A DNA stretch of 64,000 bases from Tubiluchus corallicola (GCA_030141605.1 JAQGDQ010000154.1:419501-483500), one strand, 5' to 3'; counted from the first letter of the stretch, positions 14,053-30,397 are shown. Program-made: numbers and translations. The notes: a model not told the origin generated them from the letters alone.

Positions 14053-15509
14053 ATAGTAAGGCGTAAGGATTACATAGACTACATTTTTACTGCGTTAAGA
14101 ACACTTGTTAAAAGTTTTCACAGACAGAATTACCTGACGGTGGCTAAGCAACACGGACTTTCCTTGGCCAATTACCGTAATCCTGTAATTAAGCGATCAT
14201 GATCATTTAAGACCGAGTCAAGATAAAGAGGTACTGAAAAGAGGAGCAGAACTGTTTCCTCTTTCTTAATTATAAGAACAGTTGTATACAATTATCACAT
14301 AGTAAGACAATGTGTCTAGAAACCATGACGCCATTGCGTTCTATTGTAAGTCTATTAATGACGATAACATCTCATTTCTGTAGTCCTTAGATGCATTCAC
14401 TTCTTAGTAAATAAACTCCCATGTATTTATATTTAACTAAAACTAATCTTGAAGTTAGTAAAAATTTTATTTTAGACTTTATTTACTTACAATATTTTTC
14501 GGTTTATTTGTTTTGTACTGCTAGTAAGCTTATAATTATACTAGAGAGCAACATACAGGGTGTCTAATAATGTTAATTATCACTAAATTTTTTAACTAAC
14601 CAAAGCCGTTCTTTATTACTGAAATTAAAAGAAACACAACGATGTGTTTTTAAGATGAAGCGGTAATAATGAAAATGCGTGTGTCGTTAAAATCAGACAT
14701 TTTATTGCTAAGTCAACTAGCCTGCTTATATCGTTATCAGCAAAATTGTAAATTAAACACAAATGAAACTTGAAATGAATAGTTTTACGTATCAACATAG
14801 AAGTTTAGATTGATTTTATATTTAGAAGACAATGAATTGTCCTATAGATAAAACGTTGTCATTAATTGTGAATTGCAAAAGCGCGCTTGATGAACCACAA
14901 GTTAACAAAAATGTTGTGGTCATGAACTAAAAGTAACGTAAATAAGCATAGAGACAAAAACTCCTAAAGCAAAGGGGAGAATTCCCAGGAATTCCCATCT
15001 TCACACATCAGGCTACACGTACTGTTATTTGTTTTGAACGAAAAGCGTGAAATGAAAAAAAGTTGGTTATCAAAGCGTTAAATTTAGCTTGAAAATCAGA
15101 TAGAGCTCTTCAGAGACTTGCCCTGGTCAGAATCATAAAAAAGACAAAGTGCCCTTTAAATCTCAAAAACTTTTCCCCCATAAGCTTTCGTCCTTCGTCA
15201 GGCGAAAATCTTACGGCGTTAAATTTAATCTTTTTTTAATTTAATTTAAATAAATTGATGTTATCATATTACAATATTAAAGATTAATTTAATATAAAAT
15301 TATAAGAATTTTCACTTTTATTTGATTCTAAATAAATAACACGAAATCAATCTTAAATAATAACTTTATAGTTTATCTTTTCATCTAACACAAGGACTTG
15401 TTCGACTAAAATATTCTAAGAATTTAAAAATTATGTACAAGTTTTTGATGAAATTCGTTTTAGTAGCAATTTTGTGTTCTGAAAACCACCAAGTAAAACT
15501 TCCTCCACA

Positions 15510-15872
15510 GTCATTTGTCAATCAGCAAGTGCAGTAAGGCAAGCATTGCTGCAGCATCCCCACGCGGCTGCTAATCTTCCTCCCCTACACGCATGCCTCT
15601 TTTTGACTGACAGCTCCTCCGTTTAATTCTCCAGTAAAGGGGCGGGGGTTGAGGAAGTACAGACAATAACTTATTACAGGAGATACAACGTGTATAAATT
15701 TGTGACCCGAGCAGCAAACTGCGTTATCGAATCGTCTTAATTTCGCCGTGATTATGTGCGGCAGATTGCTGCGTGCTGCGTGCGTAGAACACGCAATTTG
15801 AACGCGGAAAACAGATCTCGGCGTTTATAAATGTTTTTGCCACAGAGGGGACTCAATTGACAATAACGGATC
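15510..15872 (+). promoter_or_regulatory. Putative Vsx proximal promoter and 5' UTR
   Basis: Local GC/CpG enrichment after very AT-rich DNA. GC box GGGGCGGGGG at 15639-15648, TATAAA at 15693-15698, TALE-type sites at 15515-15524 and 15604-15613. The TSS is not directly observed. Confidence 0.6.
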
Positions 15873-16329
15873 ATGCTGATTGCGTCGTCTATGAACCATT
15901 TTGGGTCCAGGTTAAGCGAACATTGTGCGGGAATATCTCAACCTTCACCACCCACGACAATGCAACGTTCACCTTTTGCTATACAGGAGCTGTTGGGACT
16001 GGCTGGCTCACAACACAGCAGTAGTTCAGAACACACACGGAGACCTGAACCCACCTTACCAATGTGTTCGGTATCTGCCGTGTCCAACGTGTACTCGAAC
16101 ATACCGGTATCTTTAGGCAGTCATCAGTATACGGGTTTTCATCATGACCCGTCACAGTCATACTTTGCCAAACCGCCGGGTTTTCTGCCGAATTTTAGCT
16201 CACCGTCATCGCTGCCAGCCGTTCACGGAGCCGTTCCGAATCAGTCCATACTAACCTTAGGAGGAACGGGTTCACTCGGTGCCCATGGAACGCTGGGCTC
16301 TCTTCATAGTCAGTCAAGAACGGGGAACG
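15873..16329 (+). CDS. Vsx: Vsx exon 1 (N-terminus with octapeptide/eh1 QRSPFAIQELLGL)
   Basis: GC-richer ORF from ATG 15873 containing the Vsx-type eh1 motif. Donor AACG|GTAAGT at 16329/16330, phase 1. The downstream in-frame ATG of MNHF is an alternative start. Confidence 0.93.
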
Positions 16330-19248
16330 GTAAGTTGTCAGTTTTAATATGCATACTACCGATATATTTCATGAATTATTTGTAAAATATCTTATTTTAT
16401 AAATTATCCTGGTGTAGTGTTCAAGCAAAAAATATATCCAATGCACAAAAGTGATTCGTATGTAAATGATTTCAAACTCTATAAAACAATAAACTATCAC
16501 ACTAAAAATTAATTATACGCTTTACGTTCTAATATTTCGTAATTATTTGTCACCAGTTATTGCTAATTCTGATCCTGTCTGATCATTTTCTTAACAAAGT
16601 TTTTTTATTTGATATAATTAAGGCTAAACAAGTGCACCCATATAGGCTTGTAATAAAGATGTGCTAGACAAATTTATCACTCCTTGTTGTACCAACATGT
16701 AGACTGAATGTTTATGCAGAGATTACACAGCTAACGTGGCCAGGCTATTAGAAGCCAATTGTACAATAAATATTTAAAATTTCTTAGTAATAAATTTGAA
16801 TTTTTGTTTCGTTGTGCCTGTATATTTTATGTTCGTTTTCAGTATAGGCATAACGTGGTATCACAATTACAATTTCAATGATTTTTGACTATTGAATGTC
16901 CCAATCGTTCACAGCTGTTGAAGATAATTCCAACTTCCCAGATGATTGCGTTTCATGCACTCAGATATTTTATGAATTAGTTTAATTAGTAAAATGTGTA
17001 TTACGATTCTGTATAGGTCTACGTGTTAAAAAGAATTTAAATAAAAAATTAAATAAGGTATAAATTTGTTATGCGACACTGATAATGATATACGTTATAT
17101 AAAATTATTTTGTGAATTCTACACTAATGCTTTAAAGTATCTGATTTTTTATAGATTTAAAGTATAGATTTAAAAACAAATTTTCAGTCAATTTTAAAAA
17201 CATGACGATTGAAAATATAGTAATATATATGATTGAAATATTTTTTTGTATTATGGGGCAGTAAATAAGTTGCAATTTGGCGACCAAGATTGTCAAAACC
17301 CCAGCTTAACCTTAACGTTTCCTAAAACTTAAGGCTAATTTTTTCTATAACAACATAACGTGTCCAAGCTAGTTGGTGAATTTCCACCTGAGGTTCTTAA
17401 CACAATGCAATTCGACACTTGATCAATTCTATAGTGTTACGAAAGTTGGGAAACAACAAGGCTGAGTTGATTACCAATTTAATAATCCACAGGCCTTCTT
17501 CTAAAGCTGTGAATAAATGCTACGAATCCTTTTAAAAACACACGCAAAACAATCATTATGTAACAGTGCCTCCTTGTAGAAGAGTAGGGTGTTAAACGAA
17601 ATTTATTTTGCACAAATTGGAAGAAATCTTACAAGATAGGCGCTTGACAAGCGGCGTCTTTTGTACCGGATTTGACTTAGTCATATTAATGATGCTATCA
17701 GCACTAGGCGTTTGTGTAATAAGTAATTTTCTCATTAGCATTAGCGGTTAATTATAATTTTCTAAAAACCTGAAGGCGCGGGAAAATTTGTTTTGATAAT
17801 TTTTTTTTTCTGTTAATGATCTCTACTTCGAGAAGCGTAATTCACCTTATCAATAATGTCTAAATGCATTGGACATTATTGCATGTATACATTTATGAAT
17901 ATGAAGGCAATCAATTAACCTTGCATTTTACCAATTGCCACCAATTGATGCCTCTCAATCATTCTACATAATAACAGGCCGATAATTAAATATTTAAGGA
18001 GGCGCTCAGGCCTGCTATGCATCACATTAATTGTATCTTTCTCGTGTATACTGTTCAAATATTTTATTAATTAGTCGTCCAGCAATTGCCATATGCTACC
18101 TATATGCTGCCCTCAAGTCAGAAACAAAATAGTTGTGTACAGAGAGACAACAAGAGGCTTATCAATCTAATTTGACCAATTTGAATGCTGTCACAAACAT
18201 GTTGTGGTATAGAAAGGACGAATGAACAAACAAACTAATTACATATGCTGCGTTTTTCTCTCTAAAATAAATCGAGAAAATAAGTAAAAAAGGAATGAAA
18301 CGTGTAGAATTAGTTTTATATTGATATTTAATCAAATTTCGATTTAAAGTTTAAGTGATAGTGTCGTTCATACATTCGATTACTTAAGTGAAATATAATT
18401 ACGGAGGCAAAATTTCTCAACGAATAATTATTTAAAATAATATTTTGAAGTAGAAATATTATATATATGAGTGTCGCGTTCATTTATAATTATATAAACA
18501 TAAATAATTTTTTACTTGTCTAAAAACAAAAAAAATGAAATTGACAACTATAAGCCTAGTGAGCACTAAGATTGTGTAGTCCTACAATAAATTGACTATC
18601 AAACATGAGGTGTATTGTACTTATTAACCTAAAGGAAGTTTTATTAATACTGTTTTTAGCATTAAACATAAAATTTTTATACTGTGAGTGTATTACACTT
18701 TTTTGATACATTTATTCTGAAGAATAAATTAGCCACATTCAGTGTTGTAATTACTGATATTCATAGTAAATACATCGACAATGTGTTATATTTGTCGTAC
18801 AATTCATCTCTTAATAATAGTTAACAAGTACACCACGTAGTCCAAGTATAAATGTTGAGAAAATTATAAATTTTTAAAACGTTAAATTGAGCACTATGCG
18901 TACACAATTAAAGTTTTATTTTTTTTTACCAGCTGAAAAATTTTTAATAATCAAAATTGTATTTGCAAATTCATTTTGTAACTTTATTTTTTACCATTTA
19001 CAAGTTACAAGGGTATATATACACGTAGATATACACACGTCATGCAAGTTGTGGCACTCGTGTTATTGTGGCAATGTCAACAATGTAAAATCAATAACAC
19101 AATAATAATAGTAATAATAATATATTGTAGGGAAATAATTATTGTAAACGCATCTGTATCATTATATTCCAGCACTGTAGAATACAAGCAGTTTCTCTAA
19201 AATACGAAATATACATTTGTATTGTTTCAAATAGTTTCTCATTCCTGT

Positions 19249-19329
19249 TTTAATTGTATGCACGGAAGTTTAATTGTATGCATGGAATCTTAATTGTATG
19301 CATGGAATCTTAATTGTAAGCACGGAAGC
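19249..19329. repeat. 20-bp tandem repeat x4
   Basis: TTAATTGTATGCAYGGAAKY repeated four times. Confidence 0.85.
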
Positions 19330-20961
19330 CATGTAGTAACTGCGTGTTATAACGCTCACTGTTTGAACTCTCCCCTCCACTGCTGCCTAGAATGAAAGGA
19401 AAACAGAAGCCATGTTTTGATATCATTAACTATCTGCGGCGACTGTCAGTCAAGAAATCCTATTTGTTCAGCAAACTAAGTGCCAATTGTAGCTTTGTGT
19501 GTGAACAAGGATAAAGCAATATTGCTAAATAGTGCACTTTTGTTCTATAGGCTGCAAATGTAGCAAATTAGTGTGGCGTAGATTAGCTCTCGATAATATT
19601 TTTATCAGCGTGATGTATCTATGCACGCGACCTCTTCTTGTCAGGCCTATGTCACGTGACCTGCCATTTGCCATTGCAAAAGCTAAACAATAAGTGCACT
19701 GATTATTCTACTGTCTCTAATTAGTTAATTTCATTAGGAGTAAATTATCGTTATTTAATACGGGTTTAATTTGATTGAATTAAATTATTGCGTAGGAATT
19801 GCCATTAGTAATAAAACGTGGCTGTTTGATGATAATATATTTATAGCGAGCAATCTGTTGTTTTAGTGTTAGGAAGAAAATCATTGTATTTATGTGATTT
19901 CATAAACGTGTTTAGTAGTTTGCGTTTCATGTCGTATGTTGAATCGTCTTTTGGAGGTGGATTAAAAGGGCAGATTTTAATGAAGGAATTGCATCCATAC
20001 AGTTATACTGATTCAGAAACAAATGATTTCATTATATTTATATTGCTGAAAATAAGAATACAAGCAAACGAAATTAATCAAAAAAGAGAATTGCTTTAAT
20101 TTGATTAACCTGTAAAAACACACAAAAAAATCATTAAAAAAGATGTTAGCGAATAGTTATAAAATTGATTTTCCACGCCCATTTATCAACACAAGGACTT
20201 CTTTGAAGGCATTAAATATTAATTCATAAAACCCGCAATATTTGCACTTTTAAGTGTGTTTTGTAACTACTAAAGAACGGCTTTTCTTAAATTTAATATC
20301 AAATATTTTATTAAATATAGTTGTCTAAATTTATTAGCAAGCAGAACTTATATATCGTCTTTAACAATAGCTGCAACGTTTAGAATATCGGTGCTTCTAT
20401 AATTGTTTTAATTAATCTTCAAAATTAATTTTGAGACGACGTATGATCCTGAAAAAAGACCAAATTATGATTTGTTTGAATTATTTGAAGACACGTGCAA
20501 AGAAGGATTCATTCATGACTTTTTCGTCATGATTTTTTTCATTTAAACTTTAAATCTTTGGCTAGTAGGTATATTATCGTGCACTATACATCCCACAACA
20601 AACTCTAGTGCTGTATATGAATGTGTACGTCGAGTAATTTTTGAAATTTTCATCGCCTGAGTAGTTATTAGCCCCAATCCACCATTTTAGTTATGGTACT
20701 TCAGTATGTCAATCAGAGGCAGACCTGTTTTACAGCTTTGGAAATGTTTGTACGTGAGAAAGCACTGCAATGGTGACTATGACCAAATATATAGACCTTA
20801 ACTGATCAAATTTTATTGAATGTTGTTGATCAATTTTAGTGATCAAGCCAATTGTAAAAAAAAAATATTTTGTCTTATTCAAATTGGTGTAGACCACTTC
20901 CAAGATAACTGATGGTTTCGTAATTGTTGATTAAACTGTTATCTAAGTTAAATAAAGAAAT

Positions 20962-21137
<176 letters not shown>

Positions 21138-24100
21138 ATTAATTTCAAACATCTAAAAATGGCCAACAACATAGCTAAAACTATATGAGCTGCTAAGGTT
21201 AGTATTTGAGTTAGTAAATTTTTTATGAACAAAACACAAAAGACAACAATACTATACAAAATTTGACAGTTTGTATATAGTATTTACAATTTCTTGTTTC
21301 AAAATTTCTAGTTTTAAAATAAAATAAAAAAAACTAATAAAGCAAAAATGGGATGAAAGTGGGATAAAAGAACAAACATCGTCTTATGAACTATAACTGA
21401 ATAATAGGAGTGTCGTATGCAATTTTTAAATATATAATCATGATATTAAGCAAATGGAAATTAGTCAGTTAGCTAAAGAGTCACTGTTTGGTAATGGAAT
21501 GTTTTAAAATAGGTAGGTCGAGTTGCCCAAACAAATTTTGTAATGCAGTTGGTGTTTCATTTAAAATAATTTGTAGTAAAACAAAGCAGTATTAATAGGC
21601 GTTTTTTCTTGTAATTCAGGTTTGGTGCTTTTACGATTTTGGCACTAAATTTTGTTTTAAAATTAAATATGTAAAAATATATCCTTATGCACAATGTGCA
21701 CCCGTCTTTTTTAAAAATACCATAACCTTGAACACAAGAGGAAGCAAATTCACTTACTAACGATTATTTATGAATTTATTAATTAGTGAAATACGTATAG
21801 TGATTAATAAGTATTAGTCTAATATAAGTAAAAATAAATAGATACAATCAATCATATAAAAAATTGATTTTACTATATTTATTCCTAAATATTTCCACTC
21901 ATATTGTCTTCATGATAAATCATAAGCTCGAGCGTGCGAGGCCTTTCATTGCTCGTCTCTTTCATCTCGTCCAACACTCAAGTATAATTTAATGTACCTC
22001 ACATGATGTGTTTCGAAGGAAATTAAAAGCTAATCAATTTCTCAAAGCCGTAGCATCAATTCTCCTGATGAAAAGCATGATGACATGACAGTACGTGAGT
22101 TATGACTGTTCCTGTGGGTTAAGTGCTTCTGAGGCGTTGATCTCGTGGTAATTGCTTTAATTGCGAATCCATCGCCGTCATTATACGTGTCAAAATGCTG
22201 CAGTCTGTACCGAGATATCCACGTGGCTTCAGAAATACGTGTTTGCTAGTAGTAGGTGTGAAGTACAGGATGTTCGTCATTGAGTTTTGTTTTAGGTTTT
22301 TACGAGAAATGCACTTCAAAAAATACGGCTATGTTTTAGATGATTGGGTCCAAAAATAAATGATTAAAATATTTTTTATCGTTAGCTCTTATTATACATT
22401 GTGTATATGAAACAACCGTATTTAAATGCGCATAAATCATAAATGAAGTTATGAACAATTAAATATGTAGCAAATGCTTTAAAAAATTCAAATACTGAAC
22501 ATATATAGAGTATAGTTTTGTGATATTTCTGTGCTTAATATGTCCCAGTCCACAAAATGAAGACCTGTGATTTTTTTTTATATTAATTTTTCATTAAATT
22601 CATTTTAATACCGTTTTATGCTACACTTGCTTGATATATTAATTTACATGCTGTATATAGAGCAATACTGTAATTTCACGTTTTGTTTTTGATATTTCTT
22701 CATAATAGTATCCTTAAAATATAACTGTATATCATTAAAATATACATAGCACCCATAAATAATAATTTACTAAAAATGCTGAAATAATTATTCAACTGTG
22801 ATATAATTACAAACATTTCTTGTGTTCTGTATGCATGATATGTTCTGCAACTAGGCAAATGTTTCTTTTAATTAGTTACATATTTTTTCATTTTGAGTTA
22901 GGGATTATTTAGGAAGTAATAAGTTATAACAATTACTTCCTTTTATAAGGATCAACACGTATGTAACTTGTTTTAACGATTATTTTTACATTTTGCAGAA
23001 GTTCATGTAGCTATTTCATAGATAAACGATTATAAACTTAACTTTGGCCACCATGCAGTCATTTATGTAGCCCATATTGTCTATTTATTGTCATACGTTG
23101 TGATACCCGCCATTACTCTGGCAAAACTGTTTTATATGAATAGGCCATGAGTACGAGTAACTCGCTTGTCATCTGCTGGGCGCAATTAATTAGCATGAGT
23201 GATCACAACTGCATCATATAATTAGAGTAATGGGCATGTAATGTGCCGAAGCCACCCGGGAGAAATCAACTATTACTTACAACTGTATGTAATGCCGCAA
23301 AATCAGTTTTTACTAGAAGAATATGCGATGGTTCTTGTACAGCATGAAAACTCAGTACTTAAACATGCTCAGGCAGGGCCTATGTAATCTCGAAGTATGA
23401 TTTCATGTAATGTCACCTCATAAGCAATGCCTGAACGTTTTTAATGCTTTACTTTCATGCTGTACCCGAATCAGCGTGTATATTTTTCTGCTAAAATTTT
23501 TCTGGCAGTGTGGATGTTACTCCAGATATTAGTAATATGGAACTGCACAGGTACATAGGTCTTGCAGATTAACAGTTTACTCACTTTAGCAAGCATAACG
23601 ATATCATAATTCGAAGTCATTGCAAATGCATATTGTAAATTTCACATAATTTCATTATCTGCATCTGCTTGTGTACAGGAAAATTGATAATATATGAAGT
23701 TACATAATGTTCCCACAGATGCTATTTATCCTGGTCACATTTAACTTGAGTTTCTGTAGATTAATGACGCCAGTTTATTCAAATTTTTCGTACATTAAAT
23801 TGTTTAATACAGATTTTCAGTTCACTGTCTTAAGACTTAATTCAACAAAATTCTAAAAAATGTTCTCTGGCAAGCCATAGACCGGTCACTCAATGTTTGT
23901 TTCTTAATATAATTTGCTCCAAGATAAATTATATCTTTTCACCAGTAAAAAGTATGTATTTTTTGACGGGTGGCAGCATAAGTACACGTGGAAATATTTC
24001 TGTAATAACTTAAACAAAATATTGAAATACAAATTTTTGACTTTTTACCTAGATGTTTGTAAATTTATCAGTTTTTTAAATGTAGATGAATACTGAATTT

Positions 24101-25669
24101 TTGTGAACTTTTATAGCAGCTTTTTGTATAAATGAAAATAGAACATTGGAGAAAGTGCTGGCACGGTGCTGGTCACCAAAGTCGGGCAGTTATTTCAAGG
24201 TCAGGTAATGGCAGCGTATGAAGAAAATAACAATGAAATTATACCTACAATGTGGGTTCATAAGAAAACTTATGCTAGACCTTTGACATACACGTGACAA
24301 GCTGTCAGAATTCTAAGTAGATAAATTACAATTTAAAAAAAATTGTCACATTGGTTAGCTGCAAACTTATACAAAAGTACATTAACTGTTGGTATCAGAT
24401 TTGGCTGATGTTTAGATGTCAAACACTCTTAATTTCGCCGTCAGTTGTTGAGACAAGTAAAAGTTGTAGCCACTCCGGGGGAACAAGAGATCTCCAGCAG
24501 CTGTCAATCAAACACTTCAAATCTTCGAGGGCCGTTCCATATTTTGGTAGTTACCAGTAATACTGACAGCAAGCCATTGGTCTCAGGGCACAAAGGTAGA
24601 AGTAGTGAAGGCAGGACAGCAAAATAATGCAAGTGTTTCTATTGAAATGCTGAGTGTTTTCACAAAATGCAAGAAAGGTGCCTTAGACGTGCCTATTGCT
24701 ATACTCTGTGTTTGCCTCTATAGGTGTCCATTAGTCCAACTAGATCCTGTACAAATTTAGCCAAATTCAGATACATATATTTAGACAAGCAACTACTTGG
24801 TTGTCTATCAAGCCCCTTTCTGCTGTCAAAATGACTGACCTACCGTGGACTGAGACCTTGTCTTCAAATAAACATCTTTGTACTAATAATAATTGAATTT
24901 ATCGACGACAACAGCGCCATTCGGCGGATTAGATTCTTTTAGCGTTTAAAACACTTCGTTTAGCTAGAGTGGTAAAAAGATAAAATACCGGTTTTCCGAA
25001 AACACATGCTGCCGAACTGTCTTACAGAAAGCACGCTAACAAAAACATGCCCCCTGGAACATTTTTACTTTTTCAGATGTTTTGGATAGACCCGGTACAG
25101 GAAAAGTTCTGCATAAAAGAACCAAGAAAATTCGACCTTTCTGTACAAAGCACCAAAAACGTATTATTCATAATTATTCAAATATCTGGCATTAGTGTGT
25201 ATGCCTCGAGCTTTCGATATAAATAACAGTGAATACTCACTTCACTAATTTGTTGACGTAGCGAACACTTTCCCGCCCCCAGAGTTTACGTAAACCTTCT
25301 AGAGTGGAAAGTTAACCCTTTGTTCTTCGAGTTCTGACAATATTTTGTTTTCTTCCAGTACGGATGGGGTACAATCGCTGTATAGCCTTCTTGTCAGTAT
25401 GAGCTCTCTCCATTAACACATTAGCAGACGATGAAGAGGTCACGTTTAGTTGAACCAAGCTCCCCTGCCACGCTACTATATTAGCTTAAATATCTTGAGA
25501 ACAATGACTACAATAAAACAACCCCGTAGAAGTTTCACACCTAACAGGTTAAATTTACGGAACAACATCAAACTGTCAAAAATTTGCGTCGTTAGTACGC
25601 CTAATTTGTGTTCCTGCTAGATATTGATGGCGAAAAATGATAGCGACGACGCCTTTCAATGCCAAAATT

Positions 25670-25700
25670 GCAATGATGAAGAAGAAAGAAGAAGATGATA

Positions 25701-25741
<41 letters not shown>

Positions 25742-25870
25742 AATGCCACTGGTGGTGATGAAGGCAGCAAATGTTGTGATGGTGGTGATGATCGTGGTGA
25801 TTGTGATAGCAATGATAGTGGCGACCTTGTTCGTGATTAATAATGATGACGATAATGATGATGATGATTT
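25670..25870. repeat. (GAT)n microsatellite with degenerate flanks
   Basis: Directly visible. Confidence 0.95.
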
Positions 25871-26429
25871 CGAAATTGACAATTACATTGACACTAGTGT
25901 GAATTGACGTGACATTATTGTTGCTGGAAATGATGCTATTTTATTCATTTTTACGTTTTCACTGAAACTGATTTCCATGTTGGCAGCGTTTATGGCTAAT
26001 TCTGCTCGCAGTACGTTCTGGCAGTAATACGTTGAAGCCTATAACTGAGCTAAACAAGTACCCGAGAGGCAAATAACACAGAGATGTCATCGCGTATTTT
26101 GAAACAACTCTGTCATTCTGCTTGGCTGTAGATTAATGTAGTTACTAGATATCCAATAGCAAATCAATCTGTAGAAATGTGCAAATCTGTGTTATTGGTA
26201 ATATTGGATACCGTTGTGAAATTTAAACGAAACTTCATGTTGTACGGACGTTTGTTATCACGCAAACTTTAAACTGAAATACTGTACATCACCAAGTAGA
26301 CAAACGCGCATATTTGACAATTCTGGGTGGTGCATGCCCACACGCACACTCAGTGCTTGTAAACTGCCTGCCTCAGCACCCACTATGCAAATGGTGACGA
26401 CATCAGCCCCCTCAACATAAGTATCATAA

Positions 26430-26790
<361 letters not shown>

Positions 26791-28339
26791 CATTTTCTTA
26801 CAACGCATGGCGTAAAAATGCGCGTTAAACTAAAAACAGGGAAAAGGAAAACTTAATTATTATATTTCTTTTTCTTCTTGCATATAAGCAAACGTCGTCC
26901 ATACGAAGCAAGTTTTTGTTGTTGTTTTTGCTGATGTAATTAAAAGCGACAGATCGTAAGCAGGAGTGGCCAAACAAAAACCCAGCGCACGTTTATAAGC
27001 TTCATGTAATCCTCAAGTAGATTGTTCATTGTGCACAAATGTGCACAATCGTCTGTCTTGTAACAACAATGCTACTTTACAAGCCGTATAATCAGCTTGA
27101 CAGCATCGGGAAAATCTGAAACGTTTTCATTATCCTAATCAGTTTAATTAATATCGTCGGTTTCGGGTTATTACCGCAGGAGTTATTATTACGCGCTCTA
27201 CGTAGAATGGCAAATTCACATGAAACCATGCGGATTCGTGACATTGATAAAGCATAAAAAACACACTAGGCAAAAATATCATTGAATTTTTTACCCTGCC
27301 TTGATGGCTTCATAAGCTCTGTACACATACAAACTGCGGAGTGAAATTTAATTTCACATTAAATTAACTTTAAAATCGCTTGTTAAAGATAAATAAAAGT
27401 TTTAAATTTTCAAAAAAATTAACTTCGAATTTATATAACTTACATACAGGGGCGTCGTGCACCAAAAAAAAAATAGGGGGGCCCGGCTGTATATAATGGC
27501 GGAACTTAACTGTTTAAAAAACGTATGATTTTGAATTCCCACACAGTATTTTGCCCGCAAGAAAAACGAGTTATTTATTCCCAACTGGCATTTAACTTAA
27601 AGCTATAGCAACAGAAACTTAATTAAAACTAAAAATTAATTTACAAGTATTTATTAGCTGTCGTGAATCCAAAGATTCGACGAAAAGACGACTACCAAAA
27701 CATATGTACCTTTAATTTAATATTTTTAACAATTACTAAACTTTTTATTCCGAGGCAAGATGAAGATGTTGAACAAACAACAGCTGTACCGTACATAGTT
27801 ACATAGCTGTACTACTAAATAAAAGTTTAGTCTCTAAAAATGACCAAAATCTTTCGTTTCAACATAGCTTGAAAAAATCATAAGCAAAATGCATTATCAA
27901 AAATATATTAAAAACTTGAAAAAGCCCATTAGGGAAAAATTGGAAACAAAGAAATAAAGGTTTCTCCTCTTACGTCGGCATTTGAACTTCGACCGCAGAA
28001 ATTGTTTACTTCCGTAACAAGATATGAGAATTACAAAAAAACAATTACGGCGTGACCACTGTATTTGACCTTTGAAGATTGACTGGCATTTTGAGAAATT
28101 TCAAATTTTTTGAACTATGAGGATCCTCTTTCTTAGCTCTGTTGACCACGAACAATAACCCTGTCTGCTGTCGCTTAATGCAATATTAAATATTAGCTCT
28201 AACTGTGGAAGCGCTACGTTTCGTAACCCATGGGAAATTAGAGTATTAATATTAGCTTTTAGCCAAGTGACACGGCTGAAGGGAGAGCATTGTGGGTGAA
28301 CGCTGTAGAAGATTTACTCAACAAACCCTCGCACAGTAG

Positions 28340-28750
28340 TATGAATGAATAGGTAGGCAGATAGATGGATGGATGGACGGATGGGTGGATGGATGGATGG
28401 ATTGATGGATGGATGGATGGATGGATTGATGGATGGATGGATGGATGGATGGATGGATGGATGGATGGATGGATGGATGGATGGATGGATGGATGGATGG
28501 ATGGATGGATGGATGGAAGGATGGATAGATAGATGGATGAGTGGATGGATGGATGAATGAATGGATGAATGGATGGATGGATGGATGGATGGATGGATGG
28601 ATGGATGGATGGACGGACAGACGGACGGACGGATGGATGGATGGATGGATGCATGTTAATAGGTAGGTAGGTAGGTAGGTAGGTTGGTAGGTAAGTAGGC
28701 AGGCAGGCAGACAGACAGACAGACAGACAGACAATTAGGCAGACAGGCAC
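28340..28750. repeat. Compound (GGAT)n/(GGAC)n/(GGTA)n/(GGCA)n/(GACA)n microsatellite
   Basis: Directly visible. Confidence 0.97.
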
Positions 28751-29126
28751 TTATTTTTATATGGATACACTGAAATTATTGTATTGTATACTTTCATAAT
28801 GGTCCATGCAGTTAGTAAAGTGTAAAATAGAATGTATTTAACGAACAGTATTTAAATAGACTAAATCAGCGAACATCTAAACAAGCTATTTTTATGCAAA
28901 TCGTTTCAAATAAGCTTATTTAACCACTCGAATACTACAGAAGAATAGTACAACTATGATGCAGAGCCAGAAAGTAGAATTCATTGTTTTAAAAGTTGAT
29001 AACTTGTGTTATCAATTGTTTTTCTTCATTGTCTACTGAAGGAAGGCAGGAAAAACGTTACTAAACTTGTTAATGAACAATAATTGTTACTAATCACCAT
29101 ACATTAAAGATGTTTGTTTTCTTTAA

Positions 29127-29709
29127 ACGAAAAACAGGTTGATTTTTCACCCCCTACCCCATTTTGAAGTACGGTATAAAAGTATATATTTGACACCTGT
29201 AATAATGCCAAAGCGCTTCTGATAATTAAATGTTTAAGTTAAAAACTTAATTAACGGCTTGCGAGCCCAAATAGTGTTGACATCGCAACTGAATGTAATT
29301 TTCAACAACATAAACATTCCACGAGCGTGTTGCACGTGTTTGAGAAAGGAAAAATTTAACTACGAAATGCTACTGTACAACATTCAGTGTGATACACAAA
29401 GCTAGGCAAATGTTAAGTTTATGCTTTGAATTTCAAGTTTGTTGCTGTGCTCACGCTTGTGCTCTCGAACGTGTGCACCAGACGTCACAACTGAACAACT
29501 CTGGACTGAGAGATACAGTGCCTGTTTTTTGTGCAACGCGTTTCTGAGACGACGAAATGCATGTAATAGCAAAGAACTGCGCAAAATTAGGTTTCTGTGG
29601 TAATAATTCTTTCATGTAAGTCATTTGTGAAAAAATGTTTTGTTCCCTTTCAACATTTTATAGTGTAGATTGTTTTGAGCTGTAATTTAAGAGTTGATCC
29701 GGTTTCCGT
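29127..29709. mobile_element. Kolobok-like family B, second copy (Vsx intron 1)
   Basis: TTAA|ACGAAAAACAGG...CCGGTTTCCGT|TTAA, 583 bp. Shares ctaccccatttt, agcgtgttgcacgt and ggtaataattctttca blocks with 3169-3749. Confidence 0.75.
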
Positions 29710-30397
29710 TTAAAGCTCGACTGAAAATAGATTTTTTGTAACCAATTTCATAGTAGCAGGAGGTGCCGCCTAACTATCTTTTTGGAACAGGTTAACTTGT
29801 AGTTATCAAAGAAACAGCCAGAGAATACCACAGATAAGAAGTCCGAAGAAAAACTGGATTTATCGGCATCTGTTCTGCATGTAAAAGCAACAAAGTGTAA
29901 TAAATACAATAATCAACAAAGAAATTGACAATGAAAAATTCAAAAGCGGCGCCCATCCAGACCAGCAATGTAAAGAATAATTAAGCGAAAAATTAATTAG
30001 AGATCCAGCTGTTCGGTTCCAGCTATTTGGCTAAGTGAATCCACTGTCATCAAAGTCAACTGCCATCGCTTCTACAAATACCGTCAAATGAATGTGACGT
30101 CGTCACAATGGCCGTCGTCATGGATGACGTCAATGAAAAAGAATTCGAACTTCTTTGGGTAGCAACAGTCTTACATCTTGCGCAGTTATGGCAGATTTGT
30201 TATTTTTGTAACGAGAGTACGACGGAAAACAGAAATATCATACCGAGCATAATAATATGTGGAAAATGTCCATCCTGCTTGCACATGCTAGAGCATGCTT
30301 TTTCTCACGCTACCTTGTTTCATTAGCTGGGATTCTGAAACAACAAATGTGATTTTTTTAGTCATGGCGTCCCATTTCAAGCTGTTAGCAACTCTAA

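Noticed and set aside
16330-16385. C-terminal 18 aa of the 170-aa ORF as a real protein end
   Set aside because: A consensus GTAAGT donor at 16330 with the right phase for exon 2, and an abrupt drop in GC, indicate intron read-through.
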